Assembly: GCF_031769215.1 (NCBI RefSeq)
Contig: NW_026782275.1
Location: forward strand, 496,001 to 560,000
Reading direction: 5' to 3'
Length of the DNA stretch: 64,000 nucleotides
Source of the DNA: Ylistrum balloti
Lineage: Eukaryota
Of this stretch, positions 49,101-62,075 are shown one piece after another (the stretch's first letter is position 1; each line of letters opens with the position of its first letter). The notes below the pieces were generated by a model. It saw only the letters and a program-made list of their open reading frames with translations, did no database searches and had not been told where the DNA came from. A program made the position numbers and the translations under genes.

Positions 49101-52100
49101 TGACACTGTATTTTCCCAATTTTTGGTCTGCATTCACCCGATAGGGGTTTAAACATTGAATTCCCAGTCATTACCTTGTTATGTTTGCTATATGTGTTCT
49201 ACTTAATAGAGGATGAAAGAAATCCACTGCAATATAACTTAACAACCTTTAAAACGAACAACAAAATAAAGGAATTAAGCAGCTTTATTTTATTATGTTC
49301 CGGCAGAATGGAAGAAAGATGGGGGCTCAGGGTAGGAGACATTAATTCAGATGGGCTTTTCCAGACATAGAGAGAATTAAAAATACATAAATTTCCATGT
49401 TAAGCATGAAAAAAGATACTTATATAGTTCTCCTATTGTTAATCCTTGATTTATATTCTATTTGAGATAACAGGACAGATGTAATTGGTGAAAAACATCT
49501 CACTTTATGGAATAGCAAATGTGAAATATCTTATTAATAAATGGACAGGTGGCTTGACCCAGTTATCCAGAATTTACAAAAGATATTAAAAATCAAAGAG
49601 GTTGTTCACATGAATTGAAAAATAATTGTTTTCGTCACTAATATTATTGTCTAATGTTAAATTATATGCTTGTAATTTTTCTAGTGTTCTTATTTTCTTT
49701 TAATTTTTTTTTTACAGTTTTTTTTTCTTTTCTTTTCTTCTTATTGTTGGATTAACTTTGTTAACTATAGTTTTAATGCAGTGAAATAATAAAGTATATG
49801 AATACAATTCCTTTTCTGCATTTTTTCCCAATTAAAAAAAAACCAGGTATCTGTGAAATGATGCTAAAAAAACCACTGCTTTAAGGACATAAAAGACAAG
49901 AAAATAAACATTGATTCTAAAATTATCCTAAAACTAACAGCTCATTTTAATTATGATTGTTTAGATTGATGAAACATCTAAGCATTTTTTATATTTATTT
50001 ATTTATTAAAACTGTTTATTTTTCTTTTTATCATTTTTATTTCAGTTTTTAGTTATTTCCCAAAATTGATAAAATGCTGATGATATTTTCCCAATTTGTG
50101 AAAAATGCTGACGATTATTTCCTGATTTTCTGAAAGGTCCTGTTGATTCATTAACTGTTGTATACTTTTTACCTCGGTAGAAATCAGCTTTACACTGGTC
50201 ATTTGCCTAATGAAGATATCACTCATAATGTTCTGTCAGGTTATGATCAAAGAACTTTAATTTTGTATTTACCAATATTATAAAAATATTACAGCAATCA
50301 TGCAAAGTAGTTTGTATAATTTCATTATAAATTTTTAATGTTACTATAAATGATATATGTTTTCATAGGGCTCAAATTATGTGGTTTTTCAAAAATATAC
50401 ATTTTCATTGGCGTTTAATATTATGGATAAATCTTGATGACAAAATTCACTATTTCTATAATCCATGTCAACATATATCTGTATATCATTCATAGACAGA
50501 AACATTCATAGCTTTAGAATATTGACAAATTCACTGAGAAAAAAAACCCCGAAAAACATAAAAATTAGCAATTTTATGGTTGTATGCTCTGCTTTATATA
50601 AATATCAGAACCCTCGGATCATTTTCCATGAGCAAATTCATGAAAATTTGTGGTTTGAAATTGAAGTGACATTCTGTTGGAAAAGTTAAGTTTCTAGATT
50701 GATGAAAAACAAATGGGTATAATTACCTATGTGTAATTCAAACATTAACCCTGAATATATCCCAATAAACAGCTTTTCTCTAGACCCATCAATTAAAAGA
50801 TAATTGTAAAGATTTAATGAATAATTAAGAGATAATGAATATAACTGAGGAAGAGTTCAGTTTAAAACTTGTTCAATCTAAGGAGCAGTTTTTACCATCC
50901 ATACCTGATAGAGGCTTTTTGGTTGCAATCGATCACTGACACAACTATATGAATATTGCCAGGACAAGAAATCCCAAGGGGGTTTGGGTACCATAGACCA
51001 ACACAAAGTTTATATGCTGCTGTATTTCATATCCTCGATTAATTATGTTTCTGGGCCTGACATTTTCAGTGTAGAAGGTCTGATGAAAGAGATTGAAAAA
51101 AATAAGCTGTTCAGTAGAAACCGATAAAATCACGTTAGTATTTGATCCCCAGGTCAATATCTTGGATATCCTTATATAGTGCTCTTGTTTCTGTCATAGT
51201 ATTGAATGAACCCTTGTTAAGTTCACCATTTGCACAATTTTATGAAAGTTCATTCGCATGGCAATGATTTGTTGTTGTAGTATGAAGTTTGGTTCGTACT
51301 GAAGACTCAAGTTTTCGATAGAAATGGATTCTTGCGATTAGATATTGAGTCTTTATATTAAGACTTTAATTAATATTTATATTTAAAACATGTTAATGAA
51401 CAACTGCTGTGCTGTAGTGTTGTGAAGGGATTCATAACCCATAACTTTAGTACTGTATAACACAATTTACTTATTTATATATACATGAAAGTGACTGGCA
51501 GACTTGGAAGATTGGCTTTGATAGCCTATGTTTTGTTTTGAAGTGTGCAAACCTTTATATGCCAACATGGTACACCAGGGAGAATTTGTGTGAGAAAATT
51601 TTAAATGTCATGTGCAAATTGTGAATGGCACATGTCATTTCTACTTGATTCATAAGGAAATTTAAAGAAGTTTTGAAAGATTGATAACGAGAAGGAAAAT
51701 AAGCAAGATACTCTTTTCTTTGTACAGTATGTGGTATTTAGCCAGCTTTAAATTAGATATGGTATATTTGTAAGTTAAGATCTTCAGTCTAATAGGAATC
51801 ACAGGTATAATTGTAAGATAATAAGATATAACCTAAATTAGATCATATCCTTGATTTCTTGTAGAGATTATGGCAACTGCATGGGGACTCTTCTGAACAT
51901 TTTTACTTTCCCCAGAGATCCCAACTTATAACCATAGTTATAGTAGGTGTATCCTTTGTGTCATTTAGGACAGCCATGTTTGCTAAACACAACATTGATG
52001 AATGATTTGTATGTGAAGGTGTTAATGGCATTTTGGAATTGCATAAAGACCTTGACAGTGTGATATCACAGTTCATCTTTTTACCTTTCCTGGAGAATAC

Positions 52101-52189
52101 ATATATATATATAATTTTGATTGTTATTGTCCTCACATGATCTAGATATCAACAAAGTTTGCAAAAAAAAAAAAAGACTTTGATTTAAA

Positions 52190-52435
52190 TTAAAGGTCAC
52201 AGGTGCTAGATTTCTTAGAAAACTTTGAATGACTTCTTCTGATGAAATAAAATGGCCCAGAGGCACGATAGTATGCTCCTTGGATGCAGTCTGACAAAGT
52301 TTGTGAAAACAAATGACCTTGACTTATATTGAAGGTCATAGGGATCGGCCAAATTTATTAAATCACTTAAACAAGTTCTTCTCATGAACTAAGAGGCCAA
52401 GAGGCATGATATTTGGTTGGTATGTTCATGAATCT
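52190..52435. mobile_element. Fragment of a Helentron/DINE-like repeat core (aaggtcac, atgaccttgac, gacttcttct motifs)
   Basis: Motifs shared with 58670-58930 and with short pieces at ~11270, ~23020 and ~48925. Confidence 0.45.
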
Positions 52436-53449
52436 CACCTCACCATATGAGACATTTTTTTTAACATGACTGTCTTTCTGAATAATGAATTACTGGTAAG
52501 ACCTCTCTGGATGCCTTGTTTAAACAAGGTGTTTTTCTCGCCTTTGACAAGATCAGAGATGATTCTTACGTAAGTGTGACCATCTGGAAATGTTTTTTAA
52601 TCAAAATTTGTCCAGTTTTGACAAGATCATTGATGATATTTACGATAAATGCAGTCTGGAAATCTTATTTAAGATTTTGTCTAGTTTCAGCAGATAAATC
52701 TTAATAAGAGTAAAAACTATAAAATACATTTTAAATCAGTTGTGAAGACATGATTTAGTAGAGTATTACTTGTGATGATTTTTTTTTTTTTTTTTGTAGT
52801 TCATGTTCTGGTGAATTTTTCCTGAATATAGAATGTTGTCATTTTGCATTTGTTGAGTAATTTAGGCTTTAAAGTTTACATCTTCTTTACAGAGGGAAAA
52901 AATCCATTTTAAAAGTGGCTCCAGAAACATTCAGATATTGTCATTTCGATGATGTTTTTATTATAAATTGTGGTCAAAGGTCGAGACCCTGCAGGTGACC
53001 TAAGGCTATAACCGGTAGGAAGTCTTGTTAGCAAATGGATAATATTGTGCATCATTCTTGTAAGGAAATCTATTAGCATTGTATATATTGATGGTGCTTT
53101 TAAGTTTGAAATGATGCGAAAAAGCCAAAAAGGTGATTTTTTCTTGTACATGCCAATTTGATTGATGCTTTCTTTTGAGGATCAAGGCACACCAAGTTGC
53201 TCAACAGCAATTGATTGAAAATCATGCTAGGAATGAGAAAGAGATTACCAGACTTGCTTAGTGAATAAATCCAATTTAGGCGTAAGTCTGTCTGTATGCC
53301 AGACAGTTGTGTCTATATCACCTCCATAACATCACTTCCTTGATGATCTTACTGCTTATAGCTATTGGGACTTCTGTAAATTTATCAATTTGTTCAATGC
53401 ATATTAATATTTACACAAATATTGAACCCAATGTCAAAATCAACGATGA

Positions 53450-54070
53450 GGCTAATTTTGTTCTGTTCTGTAAGTAATGTCAGGTTGACAGGATCATCAA
53501 TAAAACTCCGAAGTTGCTGAAATGAGGGCGATAAACCAAAGAAAGGTGTACTTTACAGACCCTTGAATGTTCAATGCTTAATAAGGTTAATAACCATTAA
53601 ACAAATTGGAATGCCAATCAGCATTGTAAACATCTAATTCAGAATATTTTCAAAGAAAATAATGGTACTCTTTGTATACATCAACCAGCCTCCATCAAAC
53701 CCCAGAATTGGGAAGTTATTTTGTCAGTTGTTGACATCTTTCCTGAAAATCATAATTTTGGGAACAAACCTAGAAATATAACCTATGACATGTAAATACT
53801 GAGATGTTGGAAGCAGGATTGCTACTAACTAGAAAGGAAACATTCAGTAAAGGGAAATTGAAATTAGCATACATATTAATCTGCTTAGTAGAAAGCTGTC
53901 CTTGCTGATTATGACTCATGTACCCATGGAATTCAGAAAAATGATATTGGACTATTTTTTGTTTACATTAATATAAATATTTCTTGTTAAATACATTCTG
54001 ATTTTGGGGATATGTAATGTAAGGTCGACCTCCAGTACATGCTTTGGTCGGAAAACATCATCCGTTAATA
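53450..54070 (-). pseudogene. Decayed Penelope-like retroelement reverse transcriptase fragment
   Basis: One minus-strand frame reads GQLSTKQINMYANFNFPLLNVSFLVSSNPAS...VCSQNYDFQERCQQLTK*L, resembling the PLE motif GxLSTKLYDKRDDFNFPIVNFPFLSSNIP...ACSxYxDFxxR. A TDDVF (YIDD-like) segment lies ~165 nt upstream. Several stop codons. Confidence 0.6.
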
Positions 54071-54724
54071 CAATATTTCTTTTATAAAATATTACTTTAT
54101 AAAGCTGTAGATTTCAATAATATAACTGTTCAGCTGTTATTGTTGTGCAACATAATCCTAAACAATGACACTTTTAGATAGAACAACAAATTTCCTTCTT
54201 CTGAAAATCAAGTGCATTAGTTATAAATGTTTTAACTTCATGTATAAGGCTTAAGCAATATTTGGGATTATAGAATGCATATGATTCAGCAAAAGGCCAT
54301 CAACAGAATTTAAAACATCAATATTTTCAAGGCTCCACATTCACAATAGCTCAGTTTGTGTTACCACACCTAGTGAAAGAGAAAGCATTCTAATGTATTA
54401 TCAATAGATCTGTAATTGGATGTTAGCATGTTGTTTATTCAGTGTCATCATTTATCAAATTTCTATCTGTTTGAAAAGAATTGGCATCTAACTTAAATGG
54501 GATATGGCTCAATATCTGGATATCATTTCCTTATTTTCATAATACAGATAGAAGGTTGTATTCTGTATTATAATTGGGCATAATTATAACATGGTCATAT
54601 TGACTTGCCAACTATCTTGACTAATATCTGCTTGAGTCAGCTGTACTAATAAACATCAACAGCTGAACAAAGAACCAGATGGTAAAATAACAAACTGATA
54701 TCTTTTACTTGGGTAACATTGTAT

Positions 54725-55022
54725 TATCTCACCCTATCTAATCCCACCCTAGCTAACTAATCTCACCCTAACAAATCCCACCCTAGCTAACTACCGGTAA
54801 TCTCACCCAAGCTAACTAATCCCACCCTAGCTAACTAATCTCACCCTTACTAACTAATCCCACCCTTGCTAACTTATCCCACTCCAGCTGGCTAATCCCA
54901 CCCTAGCTAACTAATCTCACTCTAGCTAATCCCACCCAGCTAACTAATTTTATCCCAGCTAACTAGTCCAATCCTTACTAACTAATCCCATCCTTACTAG
55001 GTAATCCCATCCTAACTAACTA
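54725..55022. repeat. Degenerate ~19-21 bp tandem repeat (ctaactaatcccaccctag)n
   Basis: Direct inspection. Confidence 0.88.
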
Positions 55023-55180
55023 TTGGCTGAAAGAGATAATTTAATGAAGTTGGAGTGTTTCACGATACATTACAAATATCGACACTCTGTAAGAGTAGAG
55101 ATCATGACTGTTTTTACAATGATTTCTGAAAATTTGTGAACTTAGGATTAATTTTCTTATTTCATGATTATTTAATGTTA

Positions 55181-55358
55181 CAGGGCTCTCGATCTGCCAG
55201 ATTTGGGGCCAATATTCGGCCCCATTCCCAATGCAAAATAGTATCTTTTTTTTCCCAATTTAGACCCAAAGTTTTCCAAATTCTAAGGAAAAAACCATTA
55301 TTTTTCCCAATTCTAAGGGCCCCAGGCCCCAGTCCTAAAATGAGGTGTGAGAGCCCTG
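55181..55358. mobile_element. 178-bp MITE with CAGGGCTCTC TIRs
   Basis: cagggctctc (55181-90) and gagagccctg (55349-58), flanked by TGTTA on both sides; internal ttcccaatt repeats. Confidence 0.8.
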
Positions 55359-58300
55359 TGTTACCAATTTATAGATTTTACACAACATTTGATTTTCCTC
55401 CTCAGCAAAAGCCGATGGACTGTTTATCCTAATACAGTAATACTAATGGTTCACGTATTTAGCTTTGACTGGTACATGTATGTACACCCAACTACTTTTA
55501 TAGATAAGCTAGTTTGTTGATGCTGCATGCATGTGAGCTGGAGGGATTAAGATTTTTTCCAGTAATGGTCTTTTTCAGGGATCCTGTGTTCTGTTGGATG
55601 TAAACCCCTTTAATGTTGTTTCTGGGTGATGGAAGTGACATCGGCTTATTTAGCACCTCTTTAATTTATTTTCCTGAGTCACCTTATCTTATATATATAG
55701 ATGTAGGAAAAGGAACGACTTCGTAATTTTATGTAACTACTATAATTTTGTATTTGTTGTGCATTTGTATATCTTTACTTAGCACTTGATGAAAACTTGG
55801 TCTCATTTGTACATTGCTTTCATTTAATTTTCTTTTCTTGTCAATATGGATTTTCTTAGCGTGTCCTTAAATTATCATGTCATGTGTATTTAGCTATCTG
55901 CTTGTAAGTTTGATGTTATTAAGCTAATGACTGGTATTTGACATGTATTTAAAGGTATTTAATTTGATTAAGAATTTTAACACCTATCTCATAATAATAC
56001 AATATTTTTTTGTACAAATATGTCTCAGCTTCTCCCGTATCGTTACGAGTCTAGCAAGTAATGTCTCAAATCAGCTACTCCTTATATTGTTGAGGGCCTA
56101 GCTAGACATCGTCAGCTTCTGTCAAATCACTAGGGGTCTAGCTTAGTGCTGGAGTATTGTCTTGTTGATATCAAATATTCTCAACACAAGTTACAGAGCC
56201 TCTCATATATAGTTGAGGGCTTAGCCAGACATACTCAGCTTCTTTCATATTGTTGAGGGCCTAGCTGGTGCTTGAGTATATATATCTCTACTTCACTAAT
56301 TTCACTGGGACTTTTTAGCATCTTGTTCCTTTAATTAGACTGTTAAGTTTAACATCGTTAATATTTGTAGAGTTAAGTGAATGGCTCCTAATATGCCAAT
56401 TGCCATGTAATTTTGCATAATGTGGAATTAACTGCGAACTTCCTGGTGCTTTTGTTGTATTTAAATTGTGCTTTAAGATTTTGTTTAAAATCCTGCTAAA
56501 ACAATCCGTGTTAAATCTCAGTTTCAAATTGTGTTATGACTTGTAAGCCTGTAGTCGGTTAAGGATGATACTTTTCGGTCCTCAAGAGCTGTGGCTGTCT
56601 TTTGTAATCTTCAGTGGAAAAACCATGCTTACCAAACAAAATAAACCAAATTGAATATGCTGGAGAATTTGTGATGTGTGAATGTTTTACTAAATTGGAA
56701 TACATATGGCTTCTTTACATCAGAAATACCAGTGCCCCATAGATCTTAACAAGATTGAATTGTGAAATAGACTTGATTTACATACATCTGATTTAGAATT
56801 CATTTATTTGAGTTGTGAAATGTCAGGAGTTGGTGACGGTGCTGGATTTACATCTTTCTGATTCTGCTGTATTGCTAAATCTTGAGAAGTAAAGTTGTGA
56901 TGCTGTATTTCACCGTAGTCTTGATTTAGATCCGTGATTTAGTGGGAGCCTGATTTCTCGAAAGATCATTACAAATTACAGTATACTTGGATAACTCCTC
57001 ATTGATGATTCCCTATGGATCATTAGCAAGTGATCTTGTCAATGAACCTTCCAAGGAGGGAATGCACTTTTACCAGTGCTTGAAATCAGCTGGGCATGAT
57101 TCTGTTTTAAAAAAGTGCTGTTCATCGACCATGCTATTACTGACCATTAAGGAAGAAAGGAATCCATTTTACAGTAAACTTTGACCTGAGATTAATGAGA
57201 AAGAATCCATGTAATAAAATCGAAAACATAAATGCATGTATGTAATGTGTAAAGTTAAACGGTACTATCTATTTAAGAATCAAGATAGTATGAATGATAT
57301 TCTGATAATTAATTCCCATTCGGTAAATCAGTTCGAAAATTTAGCAGGTCATACATCAGAAGAGGAAGTGTGATGTGTTCTTATGATGGAAGACTTAATT
57401 TAGTGTTCTTCTGGAAATTATATCTCTCTATTTCTTTATCTACACATGGTTCATGCAGGTCTAGTAGAAAGTGCTGGAATTGAGGTCATGCTTGAAATGC
57501 TGGAAAATATGTGTACTTTAGATAGGTTCAGATGTTTGCTTATGTGTATGGGTCAAAAAATAATTCTGATTGGATATCACATGTAGGACAGAAATTAAAT
57601 TCAATTAGTATGTATTTGACACAGGGGTTACCTCAACATTGAAAGTATTAAACATTGAATTTCTGTAGCAATCACCTTAATCAGCTAGAGTTCGCTAACT
57701 TCTTAGATCAACAAACATTCTCGAGGTTAAATTTGTCCATTTGAAAAAATTTTCAGTATTAAGGACAAAATCTTGATGGCATTTTCGTTGAATTCTTGAT
57801 TGTTTGCCAATGATGGATATGTTTACTCTTAAAATATTCATTGAGTTAAAAATTATTCATGAGAAAGTAATAGTGTTGATTTTTTCTCATGGATGAGATC
57901 AAAGGGGAATAACTCTTTAAGATGTCAAGTCATAGGGTATATATATTTTGTGGGCAGTTGAGTAGATGTATTCATATGTAAAGTGTAAACGTGGGTAATT
58001 AAGTTTTCCTGAAGCATCATTCATTGCACATTCAGTATAAGCCAAAGACTTTCATGGAATTGTTTTCTGAATGGTTCCAGTCCTGTAGTATGGATTAGAA
58101 CTGGTGGACTACATTGTCAAGGTTTATATCTTTTTATCACCTTTTACTTGTAACAAGGTGATGGTTTGAAATTGTTTGAGGTATCTGAATGTTTCAGGTG
58201 TTTACCTGGCCACGTTCATTTATGTTATGGTCATTTTTCTCTGTGAATGCAACAAGGCTGAATTGATTGCTGGAGTCAAACTAATTTATTTTCAATTGTA

Positions 58301-58669
58301 CATACAAATTATTTCTTACAGCTGATTAGACCAAATCTGTCTGGCTTCTGATTGGCGTGTCAGTGCGTCTGCACTGTTCTTTGGGTATTTTGAAGACAGC
58401 TTTGCTTTATAGTCATGCAAGGTCAAACCAAACATGAATTTAAAACGTGATTAAAATCGTGATTTCTGTCTGGTAAGCTCTAACAAAGGACATCAATGCA
58501 ACTGAATATTGCATGTCAAAAGATAAGCTTTGTTTTATTGCCTTAAAATAATTTTGAGACATTTAAAAAAATAACCTAAGATTGAAATGATATGGAACAC
58601 CGTGGAAAACATCCATTGAAGGCCTTTTTCAATATGATATTGCTAAAAAATTACAAAGCAAGAATTGAC

Positions 58670-58930
58670 TTGTTAAAAGAAATGACCTTGACCCACTTTC
58701 AAAGTCACTGAGGTCAAATATGTTAAAATTTTCAAATGACTCTTTCTCAGTAACCAAAAAACCCAGGTTACTGATATTGAGCCTGTAGCATGCTCAGATA
58801 AAGGGCAACCATTGCATGTATATTCAAATGATCAAATGAATGACCTGACCAACTTTTAAGGTCACAGACATCAAAATTGTATAGAAATTTAATCTTCTTT
58901 TCAACAAGCAATGATTTCCAAACTTTCTAG
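58670..58930. mobile_element. Fragment of a Helentron/DINE-like repeat core
   Basis: atgaccttgaccc...aaggtcac...gactctttctcagtaacca...gttactgatattgagcctgtagcatgct, related to 52190-52435. Confidence 0.45.
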
Positions 58931-59969
58931 ACATATGATTCTAGATCATTACTGTTCAGATGCCTATACCTGTGTACTCTAATGTCTTGCTTTATACAGG
59001 ATGTGTTAATAAGCTTGTGTAATATCATGTTGGTTCAAAAAGTAATGGTGTCTCTTTCTATCAGTATATTTATGGGGTATTTTTATTGGCCTATCCAGCC
59101 TATCACCATCCCTACACCTTTCTGTTTCATCATGTTATTGCCTTTGGTGCAGTAAGCTGGCTGTGTATGGTATCGGTCGGTTTGTTATCTGTCCTCCAAT
59201 ACATTGTCAGACAAGAAAATCCCTCCGACCCCTTCATGTGGAGAAGATTATATCATAAGGTTCTTAGCTGTAAGTCTTCCTCTGTTACTGATGCACAGAG
59301 GTTTTAACCACAATCTGTAAGATTGAATATTATTTCCAAGCTGTTACCTAACTTTAATTTTGTAATTTTTTGATGAGACAAGGTCTGTAAATTTCAAGTT
59401 CAGCAGCTGTTAATGCAGATAATGCAACATACAAAGTTATGGATTACTTCACTTTATAAATTTAACTTTTGATATTCAGAACATGTTATTGAAGCTTGAG
59501 AAAAATAAGGTATTTTTGAGCTAAAGAAATTTTGTATAGCTTCTTCATGACATTTCATTCCTTTGTCTGGTTTCTCTGGACAGTTAAGTAGATCATTTGA
59601 TTTGAGACTTTTCACGTAAAACCAATTTTCATGATGTGATTCTTACCATAACTTTAGTATGTATATATTGTACCTGCACCCATCTTTGTATCCCCCCAAA
59701 AGAATTAAAAATCTCGCCTCCCTACAGTCCCAACAGCCATCGCAGCAGATACATAGATTGATCTCCCTTTCCTGTTTCCTTTATGGTGCCAATGTGACCT
59801 GACGTTGTCAGATGAATTCCTTGTTTTAGTCCTCATTTCAGTTATTCATTTCGTTTTCAGAGTTACATTTTTACTCAGTTACGTTTGTAATTGCCCATCT
59901 TATTTAGGTTTATTTTCGTGTTTATTTCTTAATTTGTGAAAATAATTTTTGTAGGCATTAGAGAGGATC

Positions 59970-60070
59970 ATATGATTTCTGTGGACAGTCGGGCTAATGG
60001 TGTGATTTCTATGGACAGTTGAGCAAATGATGTGATTTCTGTGGACATTTGAGCAAATCATGTGATTTTC
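59970..60070. repeat. ~30-bp tandem repeat (gtgatttctgtggacagttgagcaaatgat) x3-4
   Basis: Direct inspection; related array at 61926-62075. Confidence 0.8.
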
Positions 60071-60769
60071 ATTGCTGCACTGTTTCTTACAAAATGGTAA
60101 CCGTTATGTTGACCAAAGTTTGTTAATACAACAGACAACGTAGGGCAATTTATCAAGATCATCATTGAAACATTTAAGAAAGTTTGCAAATGAATTATAC
60201 ATTATATATCCCTTATTTTATTGATGTATTTAAAAAAATGTAAAATAGTAAATATCAAACTAGTTTGGCTTGGGTGCCTTCGTAGATTGTCTTGGCACAG
60301 GGATAGGGCCTGACTGTACATATGGTTAAGAAAACAATTTCTCCATTGGTGTCTGTACTGTAAATTATTAACAAAGGTCCATGCATGCTGACCAAATTCT
60401 TAAAGTTCCTTGAATTATTTCCTGTAAGTTTCATGAAGGCATTTATATCTTAAACAAACATGGCAGTCGTTCTAGAAGTTGACCTATAATCCGATGACCT
60501 ATCAATCCCAGGATGCAATAGACTATTGTAAACTTCGGCTATGACTTTGAAGTAACCACAAAAGTCCAAAAGATATTATTATTATTCATATTAGAATGTA
60601 TGATAAATTAAATCCATGAGAATGATATTTTTATTTCAATCTTCAAATCATCCTGTATACGATTGCAAATAAAAAGTCTAGACGATCTGTTTCAGTCACA
60701 AATGTGTGAAGGGAAGGTGTTTGAAAAAAGTACAGTCTTGTAGTGGTGTACTGGCAGGCTTCCTGTGTT

Positions 60770-61825
60770 TTTTTATCCCACTGTCATCAGATGGTTGGCT
60801 GTTCAAATTGCTCTGCATACGTGGTTTGTCCGTCCGTTCATCCATAAACAATTTTTGTTTATTGCTATTTCTTGAGAAGTAAGAGATGGATCTCTCTCAA
60901 ATTTCATATGTAGATTTCCCTGGGTCCCTAGTTGTGATCATTGGTTTTTGGGCATGATCAAAACAATGAAATGGCTGAAAGGAGGCTATCTTGGATTTTT
61001 CAGTAAAGTTTGTTATCGCTGTCAAATTTCATACGTAGATTCCCCTTGGTCTCTTGTTGTGCCCATGTTTTATGGAACTGATCAGAAAAGCAAAATGGCC
61101 AAAAGGCAGCCACCTTGGATTTTGACTTTGAAAGTTTGTTATTGCTATTCCTTTAGAAGTACTTCTTTCTTAAATTTCACATGTAAGTTTTCCTTGGTCC
61201 CTAGTTGTGCCCATTTGATTTTGGGTCTGAAAAAAAAAAAAAATGGCTGACAGGCGGCCATCTTAGTTTTGACTTTGAAAGTTTGTTAATGCTATTTCTT
61301 GAGAAGTACTTGATGGATCTTTCGTAAGTTTAAATATGTAGGTTTCCAATAGTACCTCATTGTGAATGTTTGATTTTGGTATTGATCAGAAAAACAAAAT
61401 GGCCGAAAGGTGGCTATCTTCAATTTTGTTATCACTATTTCTTGAGAACTGTTCCATAGATTTTTCTCAAATTTCTTGTATAGATTCCTTTAGGTCCCTA
61501 GTTTAGGACTAACAGAAAAAAAAAAATGGTGGAAGGGAGCCAGTCTGAATTTTGCCTAGTTAAGATTGTAATTGATATTTCTAAAGAAGTACTGAATGGA
61601 TATCTCTCAAACTTCATACGCATGTTCCCTTTGGTCTCTCCTTGTGCTGAAACAAAATGGCTTCCAGGCAGCTAGTTTGGATTTCGCAGGTAAAGATCAT
61701 CACTATTTCTGCAAAGGAATGTTAAGAGCAAAAACAGAGAAAAGAAGGGAAAAGATCCAACTTTCAAAGAGCATATTAAGATCAAACAATGGTTGGTGCC
61801 AAGATCCCTTTGGGATTTCTTGTTA
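60770..61825 (+). mobile_element. Near-complete non-autonomous Helentron/DINE-like element
   Basis: 5' tttt(t)atcccac...cagatgg, a (GTCC)n microsatellite at ~60827-60838, 5-6 tandem cores (ttgctatttcttgagaagt...aaatttcatatgtag...ccctagttgtg...aaaatggc...ccatcttggattt) and a 3' hairpin gatccc-tt-tgggatt. Same family as 368-1043. Confidence 0.7.
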
Positions 61826-61839
61826 TTTTTTTCATATTG

Positions 61840-61923
61840 CCGATTTTTTTCATTCATGTATAAGCCGCCCTAGTATATAAGCCGCATGCCAGACTCGCAA
61901 GGCTTATAATCCAGCAAATACGG
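61840..61923. mobile_element. Small degenerate CCGTA-ended MITE remnant
   Basis: ccgatttttt...tataagccgc...tataagccgc...gcttata...aaatacgg|TA, the same terminal type as the 28222 element. Confidence 0.55.
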
Positions 61924-61925
61924 TA

Positions 61926-62075
61926 TGTGATTTAATTTCTTTGGACAGTTGAACAAAATAAATTGTGATTTCATTTTCTGTGAACAGTTTAGCAGATAAT
62001 GTGATTTCTGTAGACATTTGTTTAATTTTTGTAGACAGTTGAGCAGATGATGTTATTTTCTGTGGACAGCTGAGC
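61926..62075. repeat. ~30-bp degenerate tandem repeat, related to 59970-60070
   Basis: gtgattt...tggacagttga repeated. Confidence 0.75.

Noticed and set aside
56790-57140. Minus-strand coding-like stretch with stops and a frameshift
   Set aside because: No recognisable family, no splice boundaries; cannot be distinguished from chance without a database search.
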